Origin: a bacterium
GTDB lineage: Bacteria; UBA8248
DNA length: 64,000 nt
Direction: 5' to 3'
Assembly (NCBI GenBank): GCA_965203325.1
Contig: OZ241875.1
Location: 1,952,001 to 2,016,000, forward strand
Part shown: positions 31,340 through 40,858 of the stretch, piece after piece
Layout: each line of letters starts with the position of its first letter
Position numbering within the stretch: position 1 is the stretch's first letter
Notes under the pieces: model-generated
Seen by the model: the letters and a program-made list of their open reading frames with translations, nothing else
Told to the model about the DNA's origin: nothing
The model's database searches: none
Translations under genes and position numbers: made by a program

Positions 31340-31500
31340 TCAACCGAAACGGGTCAATTTCAATTTTCAGCACTGTACCTTGCTAGACGAGCACTTCCGC
31401 GTCATGGGCAGAAAGACGTTCTATGACAGCATCAACAAGCAGAAATATCTCGATGCCTACCTCGTCAACTACAACATCAAGCGCCCCCAGAAGGCTGGCG
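31340..31500 (+). pseudogene. IS481-family transposase C-terminal remnant
   Basis: LDEHFRVMGRKTFYDSI...LDAYLVNYNIKRPQ. Confidence 0.65.
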
Positions 31501-31715
31501 CAAAAACGGCAAAACATCCGACGAAGTCTTCCTGCGGAGCCAGGGGCCTGTCTCGATTTCTCCGCTTTTGGCCGCCTGTAGTCGTCTTTCCGATAGCATA
31601 TGAGCGCTCTGAAGTGCAGCTTGTCGAGTGCGGTTTTGCTACAGAAACGCCGCGGGTTTGACGATGACCCTCCCTGAGAGTGACGTTCGGGAAGGAGATT
31701 TGAGAGGGTATTATC

Positions 31716-32099
31716 TCATTTTGAAGTATCTTCCAGGAGCGTAGACTGCGAGTCACGGGCGTCTTTCATGGTCCGGTCGAGTTCATTCTTGCGTCCTTCG
31801 CGCACCAATTCATCCCGCTTCAGCGTGGAAAGAAGGTAAACCCCGCGATAGATCCGCTCTATCTGGGCTGCGATTTCAGGTGGAAACCCCGGAGAATTTG
31901 CGGTCAGCTTGCCCGTAGCGAAACCCAATGCGGCATGGCGAACGAGTTCGGCGGCCGTCATTCCGCGCTCCCTGGCCTCCTTTTCAATGCAAGTCCACTC
32001 GGAATCGGAGAACCGGATCGAGCGTGGCGAACGCGATTCACCTTGTTTCTCGTCGGAATTCTCGCTGGAATCGCCGGCGACGGAATGGTTTTCGGTCAT
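31716..32099 (-). CDS. Ribbon-helix-helix protein, likely relaxosome accessory factor
   Basis: PRSIRFSDSEWTCIEKEARERGMTAAELVRHAAL RHH pattern; adjacent to the nic site. Confidence 0.7.
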   Translation of the reverse strand: MTENHSVAGDSSENSDEKQGESRSPRSIRFSDSEWTCIEKEARERGMTAAELVRHAALGFATGKLTANSPGFPPEIAAQIERIYRGVYLLSTLKRDELVREGRKNELDRTMKDARDSQSTLLEDTSK

Positions 32100-32393
32100 G
32101 TTTTTGCCTCCAATGGTTCGATTTTTTCAGTCGGGAAACCGCCGGTATCGTTGCATTTACGGATCAAATCCGGTTGCTCTGGGCACAGATTCATTTGTAA
32201 GCTCATAGCACACATATGTGGAAAATACTATTTCCGGCGTATGCCATGAGCATACGCCTCTTGTGAGGTTCAAGGAATTCAATGAGATACGGCGTATTAC
32301 GATCGTAACACGCTCTCCCAACGAAAGCGGGACGGTATTTGACGGCGTTTGAGCAAGGAACGCCATGCCTGGCGCACGATTGACCTGCACCCA

Positions 32394-32415
32394 GCAGCCC
32401 GCTGCGTGGGGTGTG
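32394..32415 (+). other. Putative oriT nic site (F-like MOBF)
   Basis: GCAGC-CC-GCTGC hairpin running into TGCGTGGGGTGT^G, identical to the core of the F-plasmid nic sequence. Confidence 0.8.
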
Positions 32416-32702
32416 AAACCCGAAGCGCCGAATGGCGTTAGATTGCCGAATTCGTGAGAACGAGAGATGGGGGAACCGGCGCCGGAGGGAATGGCGAGCG
32501 GGAGCCGCCGCGGCGCTTGAGCGGACAGAGCGAGGGGCAAGAGGGGTGAGAGTGCTGAATCTTGTGCCTGGATTCACAAGCGGCGGGCGTACGAGGCGCT
32601 GCAACTTGCGCTTTTCATCACAAGCAGACGAACGACACGGGAAGCAACGGGCCGCGCCGCCGTTGGTCCGGGGATGGCGACGCGGCCCGTTGAGCGTTCA
32701 CG

Positions 32703-33620
32703 TCACGCTACTTTTTGGACGGGGATGCCGAGCGCTCTGGCCTTGTCGACGAGGTTGTCGGTGATGCCCGAGCCGGGGAACGCGATCACGCCCTTGGGGA
32801 GGAGGGAGAGCAGCTCGTCGTTGCGGCGGAATGGAGCGGCCCTGCCGTGCGCCTCCCAGTCGGGTTTGCAGACGACCTGGTGGACGCCGTTGCGCTCGGC
32901 CCATCCTGCTGCAATCTTCTCGGCACCGGGGCCGCCGCCGTGGACGAGGACGACGTCGGCGTACTTGGCTTTCAGCTTGTCGAGCTGGCCGATGATTTTG
33001 CCGGCGTCTGTGGCTTCCTTGCCGCCCGCGACGGCGACGAGGGTTCCCTGGGGGAGGTGGGCCGTGTTCTCGCGGTCCTTTTTCGCGCGCTGGAAGTCAC
33101 GCGCCTCGATCACCGCAGAGGTCAGCTTGCCGGTCTGGCTGACGTGCGAGCCTCGCCTGGGCCGCCAGACCTCGCCGGTCTCGACGCGGTAGGCCTCTGC
33201 GGCCGTGTCGCGCAGTCCTTCGAAGGCGTCGCGGCGGGCGGTGAGATTCTCGGCCCGGTCGGTCGCGAGTTCAAGTTCGCGCGACCTGATCTCGGAGCCG
33301 TCCTGCTCGCGCTGCATTTCACGGATGCCGGGGATGAGCTTGTCGGCGGCGCGGTCGAGCCTCTGGGTCTGGGCGTCGAGGGTGTTGACGAAGCCCCAGA
33401 GGAGACTCGCCCGCTCATCCGCGAGTTGCGTTCCGTCGGGCGCGGCCTCGGCGAGCAGGTGGAATGCCTTGAGGACGGCGGCGGTGGATTCCGCCTCGCC
33501 CCACACGGGGCGGTTGTCGAACTCGTCAGGGCCGGGGGTCGCGCCGAACAGCGCTGCCTGTTCGCAGACCATGGCGGTGAAGGATTCGTTCTGCGCTTCG
33601 ATGTTGTCAACCTCGTGCAT
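32703..33620 (-). CDS. DUF2493 / YspA-like SLOG-family protein of the leading region
   Basis: VAVAGG...VLVHGGGPGAEKIAAGWAERNGVHQVVCKPDW..HGRAAPFRRND...IAFPGSGIT; AAGGAG RBS. Confidence 0.8.
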   Translation of the reverse strand: MHEVDNIEAQNESFTAMVCEQAALFGATPGPDEFDNRPVWGEAESTAAVLKAFHLLAEAAPDGTQLADERASLLWGFVNTLDAQTQRLDRAADKLIPGIREMQREQDGSEIRSRELELATDRAENLTARRDAFEGLRDTAAEAYRVETGEVWRPRRGSHVSQTGKLTSAVIEARDFQRAKKDRENTAHLPQGTLVAVAGGKEATDAGKIIGQLDKLKAKYADVVLVHGGGPGAEKIAAGWAERNGVHQVVCKPDWEAHGRAAPFRRNDELLSLLPKGVIAFPGSGITDNLVDKARALGIPVQKVA

Positions 33621-33689
33621 GATGTTCTCCTTGTGGTCGTGTGTCGCGGTGGCAGTCATCGTTCACTCCTTTCAGTGGTTGGGTTGTCC

Positions 33690-34061
33690 TCAAGCGAGGG
33701 GATGGTTGAATTCGGGAAGAGCGTAGCCACGCTCGTTGCGCCCCACTTCTTTCGGCATCTCGTCGAGATACCTGGCGGCCCACTCGGCGGCGCGTGCGAG
33801 TACGTCGCCGTGGCACGGGAGGGGATGGCAGTGGCAGCCGAGTTCGCAGCCTTGCAGGTCGGCGAGTTCGTAGAGGTCCTGCTCCTCGCGCCGGATTCTT
33901 TCCCAGAGCCATCGCCGGTATTTCTCGATGACCTCGCTGCGGGAGCCGTCCTGGCCGATGCGGAAGGGGTTTCCCCACTTCGTCGTGCGGTCGATCCTGA
34001 CCAGCAAGCCGCTGCCCATATCCGCCACATAGTCGTTCAGGTTCACCACGGTGGTTTCCAT
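33690..34061 (-). CDS. DUF4326 family protein
   Basis: IDRTTKWGNPF...LGCHCHPLPCHGDVL. Confidence 0.85.
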   Translation of the reverse strand: METTVVNLNDYVADMGSGLLVRIDRTTKWGNPFRIGQDGSRSEVIEKYRRWLWERIRREEQDLYELADLQGCELGCHCHPLPCHGDVLARAAEWAARYLDEMPKEVGRNERGYALPEFNHPLA

Positions 34062-34094
34062 GCCTTTCTCCTTTCCAGAGAGTTAACGGATGCG

Positions 34095-34287
34095 CTTCTT
34101 GGCGCCCCATTTTCAGCACGTGGTAGGCGTGGGCGTCAGGGGCGGTTTTCAGTCTTTTTTCACCCGGAGGGCGCGCAGCGGAAAAAATCCACGCTTCACC
34201 GATTTTTTCTGAAAAAAGATGCTTTTGCGTTTTTTGCAAAAGCACCCTTGACCCCGCGCCGTGCGTGCTAAAATGGGAGCGCTAAGA
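34095..34287. promoter_or_regulatory. Long imperfect hairpin, candidate ssDNA (Frpo/ssi-like) promoter
   Basis: Arms ~34095-34149 and ~34238-34287 are imperfect reverse complements; the right arm carries TTGACC (34248) and TAAAAT (34269). Confidence 0.65.
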
Positions 34288-34579
34288 GAGAGAGGGTAGT
34301 ACCGCCACCGGGACACAAGAGCCTTTGGTGTTTCACGATGAAGGCGAAGCTCATCGGGAAACAGTCTCTCATGCTGCGGAAAGGGTCATTTCGGGCCGTC
34401 TTTTCCGGCCCGAAATTCCCGCAGCGGGGGGTGGACTGAGCCACTGTCTGGAATTATGGGATGATTGCAGGTGCCGATCTTCCGGGAACACGGTTCATCG
34501 TTCACGGAACCGGAGGACTTACCAGGTGCTCCCGGTAGATGAGAGGGCAGACAGGGCGGACTTCCTCTGGATAAGGAGC

Positions 34580-34615
34580 AAAGAAAAAGGGGTCGACGCC
34601 GAAGCGCCGACCCCT
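34580..34615 (-). terminator. Intrinsic terminator after ssb
   Basis: AGGGGTCG..CGACCCCT stem followed by a U-tract on the minus strand. Confidence 0.7.
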
Positions 34616-34622
34616 GGTGAGC

Positions 34623-35069
34623 CTAGAACGGGATGTCGTCCCCGGCTACGCCAGCCGCCACCGCCGTCGTCTCGGCGTGCGCGCCGTTGCCGTTACCGTT
34701 GCCATTGCCGTTCCCGTTCACCTTGTCGAGGAACTGCACGCGCCCGCCCGGCGCGATGAGGATCTCGGTCGAGAACCGGTCCGAGTCTTCCCCGTCCTTC
34801 TTCCAGCGGCGGGTCTGCAGCTTGCCGGCCACGTAGATCAGGCGGCCCTTCTTCGCGTGCTTTTCGAACATATCCACCAGGCCGGGCTGGAAGGTCACGA
34901 CCCGGTGCCACTCGGTCTTGTCCACCCGCTCGCCGGACTGCTTGTCGACGTAGCCCTCGTCGGTCGCGATCGAGAGGTTGGCGACGCGCCCCCCGCTCGT
35001 GAGGTGGTTGACGGTGACGTCGGCGCCGAGACGCCCGATCAGTTCCGCTCTGTTGAGTCCGAATGCCAT
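34623..35069 (-). CDS. ssb: Single-stranded DNA-binding protein
   Basis: LNRAELIGRLGAD, TEWHRVV, GKLQTRRW, C-terminal DDIPF. Confidence 0.95.
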   Translation of the reverse strand: MAFGLNRAELIGRLGADVTVNHLTSGGRVANLSIATDEGYVDKQSGERVDKTEWHRVVTFQPGLVDMFEKHAKKGRLIYVAGKLQTRRWKKDGEDSDRFSTEILIAPGGRVQFLDKVNGNGNGNGNGNGAHAETTAVAAGVAGDDIPF

Positions 35070-35145
35070 GATGATTCTCCTTCGTGGTGTGGATGATGAA
35101 GTGGAAGGGGCCGGGGAGCCTCTCTCCCCGATCCCCCGATCTGCC

Positions 35146-35277
35146 CTATTCCCTCCTGAACTCCTCCTCGCCCCCCGCCTCGTCGCGGATCTTGCGGATC
35201 GTGTACGCGTCGAGTCCGAGTTCTGCGAGCAGTTCGTCCGTGGTGGGAACGTCGACGTCGAAGTCGTTCTCGTACAT
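35146..35277 (-). CDS. 43-aa acidic protein upstream of ssb
   Basis: Read manually: MYENDFDVDVPTTDELLAELGLDAYTIRKIRDEAGGEEEFRRE; AGGAGG RBS. Confidence 0.65.
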   Translation of the reverse strand: MYENDFDVDVPTTDELLAELGLDAYTIRKIRDEAGGEEEFRRE

Positions 35278-36038
35278 GGCCAAGCCTCCTGTCAGGGTTG
35301 TCCCCGGCGGCGGGAGCCGGAGACCGTCTCCCTCTCCCCTGCCGGGCCTTTGCCCGGCTCCCCGCTTCGCTCCACCTCTCCCCCGCGGAGGTTCAAGTCC
35401 GGTGAGGACCGCCAGCGGACCTTGAGCGGCCTCCGTCCCGGCCGGGTAGCTCCGGAGAGAGACGGGAGCGGAAGCCCACCCGGGCCGGCGCGCGGTACGG
35501 GGTTCGGATGAGATGAGGGATGGGCGAACGGAGACGTATCGAGTGGGGTGGGGTTCGGGGCGGCGACGTTCCTGTCACCGCCGGTGAGGTTTATCGTCGG
35601 TGATCTAGTGCCGCAGACCGGGGTGTCGGCGTTGATGCTGCCGGGGCAGGGTTGCCGGGTTAGCTCCGCGCCGCCTGGCGGGTCGGGATTGTGCTCGGCG
35701 CCTTCGTCACCGATGGCGGGACTGCTCTGCCGGGTCGCGCCCGCCCCGTGTGGTCGTATCCGGACTCGCGGCCAGACCCCCCGCCCGCCGTCCTGCGCGG
35801 CGCGCCCGGGTCCGGCTGGCGGCACAGCGGGGTGGCCTTCCCCCCGCTTCCGGCGAGGGCGAGAAGGAACCCGGAGGGTTTCGGGACGGCGATACGTATC
35901 CGACGGGCGGCGGCGGCGAGGCTGGGCGGCGACCCCCCGGCGGCAGGCCGGCTGCGCAGCAGGGCGACGCTATCCCTGCGCCGCCCCCCCGCCAGACGTA
36001 TACAGGCCGGCGGCACGTGCAGGCGTGGCCGCCTGCGC

Positions 36039-36848
36039 TCACTCCCAGGCAGCGATGGTGGTCATGAGGGGCGTGTCGGTAACGATCTCCACTTCCTCCC
36101 GGGAGAGCTTCGCGAAGGCGAGGCACATCGCCACCTCCTCCCAGGAGTCGAGAGGGCCGTGCTCGATGCCGGTGGCTAGTTCGACCACGGTGAAGCGCGG
36201 CGGATAGACGGGCATCCCCTTGTGCTCTGCCGAGGAGTGATACGATCGGCGCGCGCAGGGAGTACATCTCACCCCTGCGTCCGCATGGGCGCCGCAGTCG
36301 ACGCAAAGCGACCGTGCCCGCCTGTCGTGATAGCGCTTCCTGCTGGCGGTGTTCTTGCGCGGACGGCGCTTTACGTCCCTTGCGGCGCACGAAGCGCACG
36401 TCGAAGCCTCATCGACGACTTCCGCACCACACCGACCGCATCGCCCCCCGGCGCGTCTTTCGGCGTAGAGTTTCCTCTCCGCCGCCCGCCGCGATTCCCG
36501 GCAGGGTTCGCAGACGGCGCCCCCCTCGACGGGCTCGCGTCCGCAGCGCGGGCACAAGCCGGCCTCCACCCGCTCGCGCCTGCGCTTCCTCGCCCTCTCG
36601 CGCGCCATGCGGCGGCGGCTCTCGGGGTCGCGTCCACCATATGGGGCTCCCCCCGCTCGGGCTTCGGCGTATCGGGCGCGTCGGGTCTCCCGGTCCCTCT
36701 CGAGGCAGGGCTCGCACAGACTGCGCCCGGGCGCAGGAGGAATCTTTCCGCACCGGGGACACATGCCCCGCGCGAGCCGGTCAGCGGTGCGTTTGCGGTG
36801 GCGCTCGCGCTCGTAAGCTCGGGCCTTTTCCAGGTCCTTGTAGGGCAT
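36039..36848 (-). CDS. Arg-rich protein with multiple CxxC zinc-knuckle repeats
   Basis: CPRC/CEPC twice, CGRC/CASC, CVDC/CTPC; GGAGG RBS. Confidence 0.7.
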   Translation of the reverse strand: MPYKDLEKARAYERERHRKRTADRLARGMCPRCGKIPPAPGRSLCEPCLERDRETRRARYAEARAGGAPYGGRDPESRRRMARERARKRRRERVEAGLCPRCGREPVEGGAVCEPCRESRRAAERKLYAERRAGGRCGRCGAEVVDEASTCASCAARDVKRRPRKNTASRKRYHDRRARSLCVDCGAHADAGVRCTPCARRSYHSSAEHKGMPVYPPRFTVVELATGIEHGPLDSWEEVAMCLAFAKLSREEVEIVTDTPLMTTIAAWE

Positions 36849-36940
36849 CCCGCCTCCCTCCCTGGGTTGGATGGAATCGTGCGGCCGGCGCCTGGCCGGC
36901 GAGACGTCTTGCGGGCGGAAGTCCTCCCGGGGGGGCTCCC

Positions 36941-37249
36941 TCACCGGGTGAGCATCCGGGCCCACACGAGGTGCTCGCCCCAGAGCTGCAGCCCGCTGCC
37001 GGGGACCTTGAGCCCCGTGCAGACGATGAGTTCGTCCCGCGCGGGACGCATCTCGCGTACGGCTTTCCGCGAGGCAGTAGCTCTCTTCGTCTTGCGCCTG
37101 CTCCCGGTCTTCGCCTCCCCGGCGGGCACGGGGCGGATGTCTCCGTCTATCGTGGAGCGGAAGCGCTCCACGGCGTATCGCTCATCGGCCAGGCCGCGGG
37201 TGAAGAGATGGGTGAGGAAAGTACTCGCTTCGGGTTTGGGTTTTCGCAT
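36941..37249 (-). CDS. Hypothetical protein
   Basis: AAGGAGG RBS before ATG 37249; no recognised motif. Confidence 0.4.
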   Translation of the reverse strand: MRKPKPEASTFLTHLFTRGLADERYAVERFRSTIDGDIRPVPAGEAKTGSRRKTKRATASRKAVREMRPARDELIVCTGLKVPGSGLQLWGEHLVWARMLTR

Positions 37250-37437
37250 CGCGCGCCTCCTTGGGTGGGTGGATGATGGCGGCGGAGGCGAGGCTCTAAC
37301 GCGAGGAGACTCCCTCCCGGCTCCCCTCCGCCGCCCCCTCCCGGCCGGACTCGGCCTCCCGGTGGCGCAGAGCCGCCGCCGGCGGGAAAGACGGCGGTCC
37401 GTTCGTTCAGGGGGGTCTTCGTTCGGCCCGGGGCCTT

Positions 37438-37779
37438 CTAGGGGAAGTGTGCGTCCGGGTCCTGGCCGAACAGCTCCTCCTCCTCGGCATCGCGGCGCCA
37501 GGCGTAGCGTCCCGCCCGGGCGGACCACTCGAAGTCCTCCTCCCGCCCGTCGGGCAGTTCGTAGCGATGGAAGGCGGACCAGTCCCCGCGGCGGAACCCC
37601 CGCCACAGGACGCACGAGAGAGTCGTGAGGAGGCACCAGAGGGCCGAACAGGCCCAGACGGCCCCCAGGGGACGGAGGCCGATGCCTGCCGCGAGAGAGA
37701 GGATTGTGGCGAGGAGCGCCAGGCCAAGTCCCGCCAGGACGAGGAGCCTCGCGCGGCGGGACGGTTTCCGGTTACTCAT
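37438..37779 (-). CDS. Small two-TM membrane protein
   Basis: GGAGG RBS; two hydrophobic segments and an acidic tail. Confidence 0.55.
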   Translation of the reverse strand: MSNRKPSRRARLLVLAGLGLALLATILSLAAGIGLRPLGAVWACSALWCLLTTLSCVLWRGFRRGDWSAFHRYELPDGREEDFEWSARAGRYAWRRDAEEEELFGQDPDAHFP

Positions 37780-38420
37780 GGGTCGCGCCTCCGGGATTGT
37801 GAGAAAGGGGATCGCGGGCGCCGCCCGGCCTCTCCGGCCCCGGCTACCGCGCCCCCTCGCGGCCCGGCTCGGCCTCTCGCCGGCGCGGGGCTTGGGGGAG
37901 GCGCGCGATGAACGCCCCGGCGCCCGGGCGCTGGAAACCGGATATCGAAAACCCTTGCAAGCGGGCGGTTTTTCAGTTTATTTCCGTGCGGTGCGGACTA
38001 CCGTATGCACCCGGGATGAGCGAACGGGACGAAAGAAGAGACGCGCATGGACAAGAACGCCGGAAGTGGTTCGATCATGCCCCGGGCGGAGCGCCGGAGT
38101 ATTGCCGCGATCAGGCTGTCCGGGCCGGCCCGAAGAGGGTGATGGCGCAATGATCCGGCAGGCACGCCCCGGGATGCGCGGAGGCTTGACTCCCCTCGTT
38201 TCCGTTTTGGTTACTTGCTGCGAATGGTGGATTCCGGACGAGACCCGGGGGAAATGAATGCTTCTCGATGATATCAACGGGATCAGGAGATTTTACTACC
38301 GCCGGAAACCCCTACCGTCTCTATACAAGCGGGAGAGCGGGATGCGCGCCCCTCCCGCCGGGAGGGGGACCGCGGTGAAGCGGGCCGGGAGGAGCGGCCT
38401 GCGCTACCCCCGGTCCGCCC

Positions 38421-40844
38421 CTACCAGCGCTTCGAACCCTTGAGCAGGAGGCCGCCTTCGGGTCTCCCGCCGCCGGCCTGTTCGGTGAGGCTCGCCTCGA
38501 GGCTCACCTCCGTGGCCGCCCCGGGCTTCCAGCGCGCGCCCGCGCGCCAGGTCTCCGCGTTCCCCGAGACCGCCACGCCCGTATAGGGCGTCAGCAGCCC
38601 CCGGGGGGCGTCCAGGCCCCAGGCCGCCTCGGCCTCGAAGCCCGCGGCGCCCGGCTCGAACGCACCGGCAGGCGCCAGGCCCGCCGCCTGCGACCAGAGC
38701 CGCTCCGCACCGCCCGCGGCCGCGCCCCACGAGGAGCCCGCCCGCAGCGTGAGGCCCCGTCCCCCGGAGCCGGGAGCGTACGCCACCGAGGCGCTCACGC
38801 CCCATTCCTCATAACCGCCGGCGCCGTGGGAGAGCAGGCCGCGCGCGCGCACCTCCGTCGTCAGAGGCCCCGAGGCCCAGCGGACAGAGCCGCCGGCCTC
38901 CACCCCGCCGCCCGTCTCCGCGTCGCCCGAATCGTTCCGGAACCCTATCTCCAGCGAGGGCGTCAGCACCGCATCGCCGAACCTGAGCGAGCGCGAACCC
39001 TCCAGCACGAGGCGCACGCGGCTCGTCTGCGCCTCGGTCTCCGCCAGGCCCGCCGCAGCGTCCGAGCGCGTGTTCGTCACCAGGACGTCCGCGCGGAGCG
39101 CGAGCTCGAACCCGCCCGCCTCGCGCGCGGGCAGAACGACCCCGCGCGCCCCGGCCGCCGCCATGCCCATCGCCACGTCGGCCTCCACCGGGGACGACCC
39201 CCCGGGCGTGAGCGTCATCTCCCCCTGCCCGTGGCCCACAGCGCCCCAGAGCGAGAACGTCCCGCTCACACGGTAGCGCGCGTAGGGGTAGACACCCGTA
39301 AGCGTGCTCTCCACCTCGCCCGCGCAGCCCGCCTCGCACGCGCCGCCCGCCTTGTACTTGCCGTCGCCCGAACTCCGCGAGAGCGCCACGCCCACCAGCC
39401 AGCGCGCCCGCTCGTAGTCGAAGCCCACGGTCGCCGTCGTCACGTCGCCCTCGAGGGAAAGATCGCCCTCGGCGCCCTCGAACGAGGAGCGCGCGCCCCG
39501 GCCCCAAAGCGACCAGCGCGAGCCGGCGTCCACCTTCTCCGCCGAGGCCATGTGAAACGAACTCGCGAGCAAGAGGTCGGACATCGCGAGCTCGCGCACC
39601 GAAGGCGCCGGCGCCTCCCCGCCGCGCCCGAGCCGGACCTCCCTCTCCTTAAGCAGGGCCTCGGCGAGGCGCGACTCGATGGCCTCGCGCTCCGCCCCGC
39701 CTGAGAGGCTGTGGCCGCCCAGCACGACGCCCGCGGCGGCGCCGCCCGACAGGCGTCCGTCAATCGCCTCGGCGACGTGGCCCGCCGCCGCGCGCCCGAA
39801 GCGCGCGAGCCACATCCTTTGCAGCGGGTCGTCGTTCCGGATCACCCCCTTCGCCTGGCGGTGAATGCCCCGCAGATACGCCCCCCGGGGGTTCGACAGC
39901 TTGAGCTTGAACGTCTCCTTCCCCTCGTCGACCGCGTCGTCGAGCAGCGGGACGCTCACCGTCTTCGCCGTCTCGCCCGGCGCGAAGGTCAGCGTGCCCG
40001 ACGTGGCCGTGTAGTCCGCCCCCGCCGCCGCCGTGCCGTCCTCGGTCGCGTAGTCCACCGAGACCGCGTGCGCCGCGGCGCGGTTGAGCGTCACCGCAAA
40101 GTCCAGAGATGCGTCCTTGCCTTCCTTCCCCCGCGCGTCCGCGACCCGGATCCGCACCGGGCCGCCTATGGTCATACTCGACGTGTTCGTCAGCGCCCGT
40201 CCGTCGGCCGTGCACACCGCGCCCGCCGCGCCGCAGGCGCGCCCGCCCGCAAGCGTCACCGTCATGTCCTTCCACGACTTCGGCGCGACGCGCACCCGCC
40301 ACAGGCCGGACGCCACCTTGCGCACGTCCTTCACCCTGCCGCCCGTCACGGCGAAAGAGGCCGCAGCCGGGGCGCTCGCGGTCTCGCCCAGCGCCTCGCT
40401 GAAGCGCACCTCCAGCGCGAACGCCGCCTTGCCGTCATGCTCTTCCGGCGCTCCCTCGAACGCCGCCGTCAGCGGCTCCGACGCCTGCTGCTGCGCCACC
40501 TGCTGCCGCTCCGGCTCCGGCGCCGCCTCGCGCGTCACCGTCACCGTATAGGTGCGCGTGTAGCGCGCGTCCGGCGCCGTCACCACCACCACGATGGTGT
40601 TCTCGCCCACGACCAGCGCCACCGGCGTCGACGGGTCGCCGCCGTTCACCGTCACCCGCGCATTCGGGTTCTCGGGGCTCGCGTTCACCGTGACCTCGGT
40701 CACGTCGTGGGCCACCGTCGCGCTGTAGGTCGCGCGGTCCGGGTCGAACGCACCGTCCAGGCTCACCTGCCCGCTCGCGGCGGCGCCCGTCGCCATGCAC
40801 AACGCCGCCGACAGCAGCACCGCAATCCGTACCATCTTCTTCAT
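38421..40844 (-). CDS. Autotransporter-like outer membrane protein with cadherin-like and Calx-beta domains
   Basis: Signal peptide; cadherin-like beta-sandwich; Calx-beta (VSVDYATEDGTAAAGADY..GTLTFAPGET..DDAVDEGKETF); WLARFGR linker; beta-barrel ending GLLLKGSKRW. Confidence 0.85.
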   Translation of the reverse strand: MKKMVRIAVLLSAALCMATGAAASGQVSLDGAFDPDRATYSATVAHDVTEVTVNASPENPNARVTVNGGDPSTPVALVVGENTIVVVVTAPDARYTRTYTVTVTREAAPEPERQQVAQQQASEPLTAAFEGAPEEHDGKAAFALEVRFSEALGETASAPAAASFAVTGGRVKDVRKVASGLWRVRVAPKSWKDMTVTLAGGRACGAAGAVCTADGRALTNTSSMTIGGPVRIRVADARGKEGKDASLDFAVTLNRAAAHAVSVDYATEDGTAAAGADYTATSGTLTFAPGETAKTVSVPLLDDAVDEGKETFKLKLSNPRGAYLRGIHRQAKGVIRNDDPLQRMWLARFGRAAAGHVAEAIDGRLSGGAAAGVVLGGHSLSGGAEREAIESRLAEALLKEREVRLGRGGEAPAPSVRELAMSDLLLASSFHMASAEKVDAGSRWSLWGRGARSSFEGAEGDLSLEGDVTTATVGFDYERARWLVGVALSRSSGDGKYKAGGACEAGCAGEVESTLTGVYPYARYRVSGTFSLWGAVGHGQGEMTLTPGGSSPVEADVAMGMAAAGARGVVLPAREAGGFELALRADVLVTNTRSDAAAGLAETEAQTSRVRLVLEGSRSLRFGDAVLTPSLEIGFRNDSGDAETGGGVEAGGSVRWASGPLTTEVRARGLLSHGAGGYEEWGVSASVAYAPGSGGRGLTLRAGSSWGAAAGGAERLWSQAAGLAPAGAFEPGAAGFEAEAAWGLDAPRGLLTPYTGVAVSGNAETWRAGARWKPGAATEVSLEASLTEQAGGGRPEGGLLLKGSKRW

Positions 40845-40858
40845 CGGACATGCCCCCC

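Noticed and set aside
34683..34720. (NG)n repeat in ssb as a contingency locus
   Set aside because: Imperfect in-frame hexamer repeats in the normally low-complexity SSB linker.
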